Shown: positions 1 to 9,641 of the stretch, piece by piece
Layout of the letters: every line of letters begins with the position of its first letter
How positions within the stretch are numbered: position 1 is the stretch's first letter
Assembly (NCBI GenBank): GCA_900088475.1
Contig: FLMG01000132.1
Coordinates: 1 to 39,544 of the forward strand
Length of the DNA: 39,544 nucleotides
Direction: 5' to 3'
Source of the DNA: Hyphochytrium catenoides
Lineage: Eukaryota > Protista > Hyphochytriomycota
The notes under the pieces: generated by a model
What the model was told of the DNA's origin: nothing
Database searches by the model: none
The model's input: the letters and a program-made list of their open reading frames with translations, nothing else
Made by a program: the position numbers and the translations under genes

Positions 1-342
1 AGAGAGAGAGAGAGAGAGAGAAGAGAGAAAGAAAGAGAGAGAGAGAGAAAGAGAGAGAGAAGAGAGAAAGAAAGAAAGAGAGAGAGAGAGACAGACAGAA
101 AGAGAGAGAGAGAGAGACACAGAGAGAGAGAAGAAAAGAAGATAAGAAGAGGGAAAACCAGGCAAGACCGGAGCAAAGTACTAGACCCATGCAGATCTAA
201 GAGCCCCGACCGAGAAGAGATGAGAGAGAGACAAGAGTGCAAACGGAGAAAAGAGAGAATGGCCAATAAAAACGCGAATGTAGCAGAGAAAGAGCAAGGC
301 AGAGAAGAGAAAGAGAAAAGCAGGAAGGTACTCAATGCTCAC

Positions 343-525
343 CAACTGCTCTGCTACTCCTTCAGGAAAGCCTGAATGCTTGTTCCTCTCAGACTGAAGA
401 ATGTAGAAGTCTGTCTTTCGATGAAGAAAGCCAAAGAATGAATCGAGAAGGCTGCCGATATCAGAATGCTGCGCCGCGATACTCCCCAACAGGTCATCAA
501 AGCGTTGGTCTTCGGCGCTGGCCAT
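343..525 (-). CDS. NudC-family (NudC/NUDCD3-like) co-chaperone, first exon; gene continues off the left edge
   Basis: ATG at 525; 61 codons MASAEDQRFDDLLGSIAAQHSDIGSLLDSFFGFLHRKTDFY...GFPEGVAEQL, matching the NudC N-terminal motif (FF.FL.RKTDFY, GFP.G.A); phase-0 donor GTGAGC at 342; downstream is sense CT-rich intron. Confidence 0.85.
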
Positions 526-1071
526 CTTTATAAAGCCGGCGTTTGGCCCAACCTTATAGAGCTCTTCCTGGACTCAAGGGTCCCTATTATTGGGACTTCC
601 ATTTGAGCTCCATAAGCCCTGTCTGCCCTGGCACTACACAGATATTATGGCTCTTGAGCTCTTGAGATCTGGAGCTTTTTTCTCATTTTGGAGCTTCGTT
701 GAAGATTTTCCAATGACGCGATATCACTTTTCCAGCTTCAAGAATCAAATATCTTGATAACCAGTAATAATGAGGTAAGCAATCAGTAACTGTTTTCCAG
801 GTAGGGGAACATCATGGTCAGATCATTCGTCTGATAATCAATGGTACCAAAATTTTTTTGAGTGGGCAGAAAAAGCTTCAGCAGCAAGAATCAGATTTCC
901 AAAACGCAATAAATCTTCAAAAACATAGATTATGAAGACTCTGAAGAGCCCTGGGAGCCATAATTAAGACAGCGCAACGGAGCTAAAGGCAAGCGGACGG
1001 AGTCTCTTTACTATATATCTTTCTACCCCCTCCGGGCTCTTTATAGTAAAGACACACTGCAACGAAGCTTC
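526..1071. promoter_or_regulatory. Repeat-free divergent (bidirectional) promoter between NudC-like and TMEM242-like genes
   Basis: Lies between head-to-head ATGs (525 minus, 1072 plus), lacks GA/CT tracts, CCAAT at ~710, shares motifs with the 5066-5877 intergenic region. Confidence 0.6.
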
Positions 1072-1779
1072 ATGGTGGCAACGAAGGAGGCGCACGCGAT
1101 GGCAGGACAAGAAGAGAAGACAACCAAGGTTCGGGCCGCGGCGGCAAAGGAGAAGAAAGACGAAGGACCGAACCTTCTTCCATATATGGGCGTAGCAGCA
1201 TTTGCGGCTATTATTTTCTCAGCAGGTAATGGAAGAGTGCTGAAGAGAGAGAGAGAGAGGCAGAGAGAGAGAGAGAGAGAAACATTGTCCACTATTTTTG
1301 TTCCTTCATCCCGGCGGGCGTTGGTTCGTAGTCTGGCCACACCTTGCCCACCATCTCACTTCCATACCGGTCTGTCTTCATCTTTCTCCTTTCCTTGGGT
1401 CTTGTTGCTCTCTCTCTCTCTCACTCACTCACTCACTCTCTCTCTCTCTCTCTCTCTCTGTTCCCTCCCTTGCCGTTCAACAGTTTGCACTTCTCCATCT
1501 CACACACTCTCTCTTTCCATTTATTCCTTCTCTCTCCCTAACTCTTTCTCGCTCTTTGCATCCTTTCTCCATCCTTTTCTGTTTTCTCATCTTCTTCTCT
1601 CCCTCCATTCTCCTCTCGCTCTTTCGTCTCCCTTTCTTCTCTCTCCATTGGGTTTCTGCCAGTCCTCTATCAATCGTACTCTCGCGCATCTCTCGCACTA
1701 ACTTTTCCCTTCCTCTTTTTCTCTCTCTTTATCTCTCTCTCTCTCCATCTTCTTTTCTCTCTCTTTCCTTTCTCCTTCT

Positions 1780-1810
<31 letters not shown>

Positions 1811-3030
1811 CTGTTCTTTCTTTTCGTCATTCTCTATCTCTCTTTCTCTCTCTCTTCTTTCTTTTTCTCTCTCTCTCTCTCTCTCTCTTCCTGTTTTTTT
1901 CCTTCTTCTCCATCTCTCTTTCTCCCTCTCTTCTCCTTCCCTCCTCTCTTCTCTCTCTCTCTCTCTCTCTCTCAGGGCTGATGATTGGCTTTCGGCGACA
2001 GAAGAAGATTGCTGAGGAAGAATTGCGGCACTTGCGGGCGAAAGATGTCTGGACAAAGAGAAAAGAAGACTTTCACTGGTGGGAGAGAGCTGCAGGCCTT
2101 GACAGACAGCTAACACCTGGGAAAGCTGCTAGACGGGCACTGCTAGTGGGTCAGTCTCTCTCTCTCTCTTTATCTTCTTTTCTCTCCTCTCTCTTGTTTT
2201 CTCTCTCTCTCTTCGTCTCTCTCTCTCTTGCCTCTTGCTCTCTCCTGACTCTTTCTCTCTCTTTCTAAAGTCGTTTTGTTTGCTCTCTGTTACTCTTGCT
2301 TGTTCAGTCTTTCTCTTTCTCTCTTCAGCTTCTCTCTCTTATCTCTCGCTCTCTCTTTCTCCCACATTTCTTTCTCTTGTTCTAAGTTCCTCTTTCTATC
2401 TATCTCTCCCTCTCTCTTCTGTTTCTCTTCTCTTTGTCCCCTCTCTGGTCATTTCTGTTTCTCTTTCTTCCTCTCTGTTTGTTGTCTGTCTCCATTTGTC
2501 TTACCTCTTTCTTCCTCTCTGGTCCCTTTCTTTCTGCTCTCTCTTTGTCTCTCTCTCATTATCTTTGCTATCTTCCCTTTTCATCTCTCGTGCACTCTTT
2601 TTCTTGGGTCTCTTTCTCTTTTTCTTGTTAGGATCTGTTATTGCTCTGTCAGGAGGCTGTGTGGCGACCGTAGGCGCAGCCAAGCTTCTCGGTGTCAGCT
2701 CTGTAAGCTCTTTCTTACTTTCTCTCTCTCTCTCTCTTTTTTCCTCTCTTTTCTTTTTTTTTCACTCTCTCTTTCTCTCAGCTACACTTTCTTCTTTCTA
2801 CTTCCTTGACCTGACTTAAGCTTCTTTTCTATATCTGTCTCTTTGTCTAGTTTTCTCTTCTCTTCTTCGTCGCACTCTTTCTTTCTCTTTCTTTTGTACT
2901 GTCTTTTTCTCTTCCCCGTAGGTCTCTCTCTTCTCTCTGTCTGTTCTCTGCTTTTCTCTCCCCACTTCCCCTTCCGTTCTCTTCCTTATTCATCTCTCTT
3001 GCGAATGCATAGAAGGATTAAACTTCTCTT

Positions 3031-3075
<45 letters not shown>

Positions 3076-3585
3076 TCTCCTCTCTCTCTCTCTCTCTTTC
3101 TGTTCTGATTCCTATTAGATTTATGAGTTCGGGGAGCGCATGCGAGAGAGAGTGCCGGAGGCCCGGAAGAGAATTTTGAGAGAATTGGGAGTGGCAGTAC
3201 GTTCTTTCTCTTCTCTCTCTCTCTTCTCTCTCCCCTCTCTCTTTTTTCCAATCTCAATCGTTCGTTCTTTCTTGCTCCAGTCCTTAATCTTCTACTCAGG
3301 AATGCCCACTTTTCGAGGCTCAGAGGTCTCTCTACCGCAGAGCTCTCTCTCCCTTCTTTTCCTTCTCTATGTCTCTCTTGTGTTTTTCTCTCTCTCTCTT
3401 TCCTGTTTCTCTCTCCTGACTTAATGTCTCTCTCCCCTCCTATTATCCAGGTGAAGGAAGAGCCTTCCCCTGAACAGGCTGACGCCGAATGGTCATCCTG
3501 GCAAGAGATGTTTGCGGCCGCAGAGGAAGAGGAGAGAAGAAAGAGAGAGAAAGAGAATGGGAAGAAGGCACCCACTAGCCAATAG
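1072..3585 (+). CDS. TMEM242/AIM11-like small membrane protein (probably mitochondrial), 5 exons
   Basis: Exons 1072-1225, 1976-2149, 2632-2702, 3119-3196, 3451-3585(TAG); all GT-AG and phase-compatible (1,1,0,0). Product has TM1 (YMGVAAFAAIIFSAGLMIG), then AARRALLVGSVIALSGGCVATVGAAKLLGVSSIYEFGERMRERVP, resembling the TMEM242/AIM11 'A.RAL..G....LGV.S..EF...M' signature. Confidence 0.7.
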
Positions 3586-3914
3586 AGCTAAGATTCCCAT
3601 GGTTTCTACTCTCTCTCTCTCTCCCTCTCTCTGTCTCTTTCTCGTCATGCTTCTTTTGGAGGGAGAACCGGTGACAGCTGTGCACGAAGAGGGACAGAAG
3701 TCTTTCTCTCTCTCTATCTTTCCACCCTGCTCTCAGGAATGTGCCCCATGGAAGAGAGAGAGAAAGGGAGAGAGAGCCATCCCTCGGTCCTCTCTCTTGC
3801 TTTCTCTCCCTCTCTCTCTTGGGCATCTTTCCCATAGCAACACCCAAGGGAAACCGTAATTCCTTCGAAGCTATCACTCTGTCTCGCTCGGTCGCTTGCC
3901 GCTACTAGGGCTTA

Positions 3915-5065
3915 TCACAGTACATCACCCCCATTATTTCCATATCTATCGCCGTGGACCACGGCCACCGTTCCCATGCCATACATCGGGAGAATATTCA
4001 ATTCTCCTCCCAGGTAAGTGGCATAGAGGCGAGAGAGAGGAAGTCCGACGCCTAAGCCCGTGAAAGGAACGCCAAAAAGTCTCGGGAGTAAGTGTAGTTA
4101 GGCTCTCTCTCTCTCTTGGAGAGAGAAGAAGAAGAGAAATAATGAAAGAGTCTCTCTCTCTTTCTTGGGTCAAAGCCGCCTCCTTGATCTTCGACGGAGA
4201 GAGAGAAGTACCGTCCCTTCACGCTGAGTGTCACGCGAATCAGGGGAGGGGGAGAGAGAGAGAGAGAAGAAGAGAGAGAGAAAGAGTCTTCATAGTCTTC
4301 CAGGTTGAGAATGCCTACCCTGTCTATCACCGCCTTCATAGAGTTTTTCAGGAGCTCCATAAGGACAAAGTGCAGATGTGCTGGAACAGAGAGCACACGG
4401 AGACTCCCATTCTCTCTCTCTTTTCCTGAATTCCTCTCTCTCTCTTCTCTTCCGTCTCTTTCTCTCTCTCTCTCTTCAGGAGAGCGCAACTCTACGACTG
4501 GAGCGACTCCATATTTCTCTACACAGAGAGCTCTGCAGTCTTCTATAGTGCTTTCTGCTAGTTCATAAATATCCACGTCCTGCACTATCGAGGGAGAGAG
4601 AGAGAGATTTTCTCTCTCTCTTGTGTCTCTCTCCTGGACCTGGTAGAGATGCTCATGGACTTGAGAGAGAACTCTGAGAGAAATCATAAAGAAACTAGTC
4701 TGGTCGAGAGCGTTATGCGTCAAGTCTCTCCCTCCTCCGTCTACGGTCATGAGAGACGAATAGCTCTCTTCTACCAAGGGCAAGAAAGAGACGAGTGCCT
4801 TTTGCAAGGCCCGACCTTTCTCTCCTTCTCTCTTTTCTTTCTCTGCATCCTTAATTCGTTGGTGGGCTTGCTGGTAGGAGGAGAGAAGGCGATCGAGGCC
4901 TTTATGGCCTCTATCTCTCTGTCTTTCACCATCCAGGAGATTTATTTGATGCTGAAGCCGCTGAGGGATCTCTGAGAAGAGGAAAGAAGAGAAAGACGGG
5001 AGAACTTGGGAATTATCGGCATGCTTTACAAGCCGCCCAAGCTGAGAGAGAGTCACTGGAGTCAT
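3915..5065 (-). pseudogene. Mitochondrial PDK/BCKDK-family GHKL kinase, intronless, frameshifted at 4074-4078 (pseudogene or assembly indel)
   Basis: ORF from 5065 has TPVTLSQL, FLFSEIPQRL, VPAHLHFVLMELLKNSMKAV (N box) and SVEDQGGG (G1 box). The G2 box and C-terminus GVPFTGLGVGLPLSRLYATYLGGELNILPMYGMGT...DVL* lie in a different frame (4073-3915), reached across a T5 run (GAC TTT TT GGC). Confidence 0.8.
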
Positions 5066-5877
5066 TCTGTCCGTCTCTCCCCCTTCCCTCTCCCTCTACA
5101 TACGACACGCCCACAGATATCTTTCCAAACTATCCTGCTTTCTCCCTGCCTCCGTTTCTATTTGTCCTGCTGTAGTTCTATGCCCTGATCAGGAGAAAGA
5201 GGATACTCATCCCGTCATCGTCATGGAAATCCAATAAAATTTCTTTCAGCAAATCTTCAGAAGCGCAACACCAAAAAGATTCCAGAAGAAACCAATGCCC
5301 TTTCCGATAACTGACTATGCAGCATCCCTGATTATCGTACAATGGTACCATTGTCCTATTATTGTCTCTTTAGAGAGGTTGGGTTCCTAAAGACAGCGTT
5401 TAAACTAATCTAGATCATTAGCGTATTGTTACCCTGGAAGAAAACACCGTTCATCTTTATCATTCCATAAATTAGCTTTAGACTTATTATTGTCGCATAA
5501 TCTTGATGAACAGCTATTGAAAAACTCCAGAAAAAAAGCTTCAGCAGCATCTGCAGATTAGCGAGAGATCTTGAGAATCTTCAGCATGCTATCGCCAATC
5601 GAAAGAGCTGCAGGCCGAACACATAAAAGAAGGCACCAGAACAGATTGGCGCATTCGTCTGCTAACAAGGAGCGTGAGGAAAGCCGCCTAATTGGCCATT
5701 TTGCCGCAAGAGACGAAGAAGACAGAGCTCAATCCTCCGCTAGCAGCAGCAGCATTTCTCCTCTAACACAGCGCAACAGAGCTCCAGCCGCTGGCCGCGG
5801 TCTATTAGAAAGGCCTTCTCTTTTCTACTTATCGTCAGCTGCAGGGTTAGAAGTTGTGAAGGGCGAATATTGAGACA
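5066..5877. promoter_or_regulatory. Repeat-poor divergent promoter between PDK-like and LAMTOR5-like genes
   Basis: Head-to-head geometry, almost no microsatellite, several CCAAT/ATTGG boxes (~5231, 5292, 5596, 5645, 5690), 16-bp palindrome at 5339-5354. Confidence 0.6.
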
Positions 5878-5964
5878 ATGCAGTACATCTCAGACGAGCT
5901 GTAAGTGTTCTGTACAACGGCTGCCACAATGAGGCTTCCCATGTCTTCTACCTGTCTGCGTATG

Positions 5965-5999
<35 letters not shown>

Positions 6000-6191
6000 T
6001 CTCTCTCTCACTCACTCTCTCTGTCCCACTTTTTCTCTCTCTCTCTTTTTTCTTTGTGGTCTCCACGCTCATACTTTCTCGTCTGTTCTCCTCTCTCTTT
6101 GTCCGCGCCGGCCATTTTTGAGGGACCCCGTACAATCGCCTCCTCCGCTTCCTCCATCTGCCTCTATTTCACTCCCTCTCTTCTTTCTCTC

Positions 6192-6226
<35 letters not shown>

Positions 6227-6528
6227 GTTTCCTTGTGCCGCCGGTGCTGGTAGAATGAGTGAACCAGGAGTGAAAGGCTTGGCGGTGAATGACGAAAATG
6301 GACTCTGTTTGGCAGGTTTGTCCTTGTTCATACACTGTTATTCTCTCTCTCTCTTCTCTCTTTCCTTCACTCTCCCTCTCTTAAGCTCACTCTTTCTCTC
6401 TCGTCCTTTTCTCTCGCGCTCTCTCTCTCTGTTCCTCTTCTCTTTATTTCAATCTCCTATACGACTTGGCCTTGCTCTCATTTTTCCCTGCTGCCATTTT
6501 CTCTCTTTGCTAACCTTTACTCGGTTCT

Positions 6529-6570
<42 letters not shown>

Positions 6571-6711
6571 GGTCTCTCCCTCTCACTCCCTTTTCTTCTT
6601 GGCCTGTCTCTCTCACTTTCTTTCTTTCTTTGTCTTTCTTACCTTTTCTATTCTCTCTCTCTCTCTCTTGCGTTCTTTCCCCCAATCTCTCACTCTTTTC
6701 TCGCGCTTGCT

Positions 6712-6747
<36 letters not shown>

Positions 6748-7217
6748 CCTTTGGTTAGCTCGCGGTGAACTCTCAGAGGTGAGCAGTTCTCTTTGGTCTG
6801 CAGTGGCGAGCAGGGCCGCGCGCCTGGGATCCAAGAAAGTCACTCTTCCTATTGTCAAAGTCGAGACAGCCTCGAGGTATTTCTTACTCTCTCTCTCCTG
6901 CTCTCTCTCTCTCTCTCTTCACTTGTTCCTCGTTTTTCCTACTCTCTTCCCAAATGCCTCTCTGTTCCTGGCACAGTGTCTCCCTGGTCTGCCGCAGATA
7001 GTTCCCTCTCTTTGTGTCTGTCTCTCTCTCTCTCTGTCTCTCTCTCTTTTTTTTCTTTGATTTGCGTAGATGATTCTCTCTCTTTCCTCTTCAGTTTCCT
7101 GCCTTTCTCACACTATCTCATCCTCTCTCACTTGGCCTAGTTTCCTTCCAGTTTTTAGGATAAGCCTTTCTCTTTCTCCTCTTCTCTTTCCTTTCTGTCA
7201 TCTCTCTCTCTCTACCT

Positions 7218-7259
<42 letters not shown>

Positions 7260-7415
7260 TTTTTCTTATTATATCTCTATATATCTCTCTCTTCTAATTG
7301 TATCTCTCTCTCTCTCTCCCGTAGGGTTATAGTCATCAAACAGCTGGACGACCACATCGTGACGGTAGTCAGGGAACCAATAACAGAGTCAAACACGGGG
7401 AACGGACAGGAATAA
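5878..7415 (+). CDS. LAMTOR5: Ragulator complex subunit LAMTOR5 (HBXIP)-like roadblock protein, 4 exons
   Basis: Exons 5878-5900, 6254-6315, 6759-6876, 7325-7415(TAA); GT-AG, phases 2,1,2. Product MQYISDELMSEPGVKGLAVNDENGLCLAARGELSEVSSSLWSAVASRAARLGSKKVTLPIVKVETASRVIVIKQLDDHIVTVVRE..., aligning by eye with LAMTOR5 (GV...D..GL.L..RG.L; P.V..E; I.....V.V). Confidence 0.82.
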
Positions 7416-7452
7416 CCCCCTAGGGGAAAGAAAGAAAGAGAGAGAGAGAGAA

Positions 7453-7521
<69 letters not shown>

Positions 7522-8176
7522 GAGAGAGAGAGAGAGAGGAAAGGGATTTTCCGCCTTGATGGAGAATGCGGCACTCTTTTGACTTTGGTTTGTGGCTAAC
7601 AATATTGTGGGACCATTGACAAGCTTTGTCTTTCCATTTCTTATCTATCCGCTCTTTCTCTCTCCTCTCTCTCTCTCTCTCTCTCTTCCTTCTTTGTCTG
7701 CTCCTACTGTGTTGTCCCTCTCCCCCTTTTCTCCTCTTTCTCGCAGTGGCGTGTAGGAGTTCTTCTTCCTTTACTTGAAAGACGAGGAAGAGAGAAAGAG
7801 AGAGGAGAAGCAGAGGAAGAAGAGAGAGAGAGTGTGTGTATTTGAAGGAAAGAGAGGAAATTTATCATAGTTCCCTTTTCCTCTTGAGACTACTTCCTGC
7901 ACAGCCTTTGCAGTGGAAGAGGAGAGAGAGTCCAGCGAGAGAGCAGAGAGATAGGTTTGGAGAATGAAGAGGGAAAGAGTATAAGGAGGAGAGAGAGAGA
8001 AAGAGAAACAGTCTCCCAAGAAGGAGAGAAAGAGAAACTCTCCATAAGGAGAAAGAGAGAGGAGAGAGAGAGACCATCCACAAGAGGGGAGAGGTATGAT
8101 ACATTAGATGTTAGTCATGGGGAGAATCTCTCACTTAATAAATAGCGTTAGGCAGACGAATAAATAAGTTAGACCG

Positions 8177-8218
<42 letters not shown>

Positions 8219-8393
8219 GCACCATCCGGTCTTTCTCTTTTTCCTCTCTCTCTCTGCCTCCCACGATGCGTCTCTTTGAAAAAGAGAAAGAAGCTCCCTC
8301 ACCAGGAGAGAAGAGTAGAGCAAGAAGGAGAAAAGAAGAGCAAGAAGAGAGTAACAAAACCCCTTACGGGTCTCTCTCTCTCTCTCACTCTTT

Positions 8394-9609
8394 TTAGACT
8401 TCTCTTGGCGTCCATCCTCTCATCTCTCCCTCTGCCATCCGAAAGTCTGCGTCCATCTCGAGGCAGTTCTTTATCGCGTACAATAACTGACGGGACAGCA
8501 CCTCTTCACTCGAATAACGAGGGAGAGAGAGAGAGAAGAAACACGTGTGAGCCTGGGGAAGAGCTTTATCCATCGAGAGAGAGACATCTCTCTCTCTCTC
8601 TCTTCCTCCCTCTCCTGCCTCTCCCGAAGTGGCCGGAGAGAGAGGAGACATAAGCTGCAGTTTGAATTTCTGATGGAAGGAGAGAGAGGTTGGAGGGAGA
8701 CGAGAGCGCGCCCACACGAAACGGAGAAAGAGAGAACGATCATCNNNNNNNNNNNNNNNNNNNNNNNNNNNNNNNNNNNNNNNNNNNNNNNNNNNNNNNN
8801 NNNNNNNNNNNNNNNNNNNAGTGAGTGAGAGAGGTGGAGGGAAGAGAGTGAAAGAGTATACGAAGGGGCCACTGAGAAAAAGAGAGAGCCACACAGAGAG
8901 CGAGAAAAAGAGAGAGATAAAGGGAGAGACAAAAGAGGGAGAGACAAAAGGACAAAGAGAGAGAGAGAGAGAGAGAAAAAGAGGGGGAGAGAGAGAGGGA
9001 TACACTTACCCGCAAACCTTAAGTTCCAGTTCCTGCCAGGTGAGAAGAGGAAGAATAGCTCTGGGGATGACCGAACAGAGTCCTTCTCTCATGGCAGTCA
9101 GAGCCGCTTCTCCCTCTCCCAGTCTCTTTCTCGTCATCTCCTCCAAGAAAGAGGAACAGTCTTCTATTGTGACTTCTCTCTCTCTCCCTCTCTCACATAA
9201 CTCTACCAAGGAACCATCACTGAGGTAGGTCGTCCAGCGCAGTTCGGAGAGAATTTCTCGGAGTATTTCTCTCTCTTGCTCTATGCGCTGGCCGTCTTCT
9301 CTTGATCTGTCTCCTGGTCTCTCTCTCTCTTCTCTTTCTCTCTCTCTCTCCTTCTCTGATCTTTCATTTTCCTGGACTTTCTTAAGGAGGCTTTGAATCT
9401 GCGTCACCATGCTAAGGACTGAGGTGTCTATCTCCTCTAGATCCTGGATCTGACGGACAAATGAGAGAGAGAGAGAGAGAGAGAGAGAAGTGAGTGGGAA
9501 AGAGAGTGGGAAAGAGAGAGAGAAAGAGCGGAGGGAGAGAGGGAGAGATCGAGAGAGAGACACCTAAGAGAGAGAGAGGAGGAGGGGAGAGAGAGTGCGA
9601 GGGAGAGGG

Positions 9610-9641
<32 letters not shown>

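Noticed and set aside
4052-4078. Euplotes-style stop-induced +2 frameshifting at the PDK TAG
   Set aside because: Shifting at the TAG would lose the conserved PFTGL of the G2 box; the break lies earlier, at the T5 run.
5571-5873. 100-aa plus-strand ORF upstream of LAMTOR5
   Set aside because: Non-ATG start in the track, no recognisable motif, lies in the promoter/5' UTR, stops just before the LAMTOR5 ATG.
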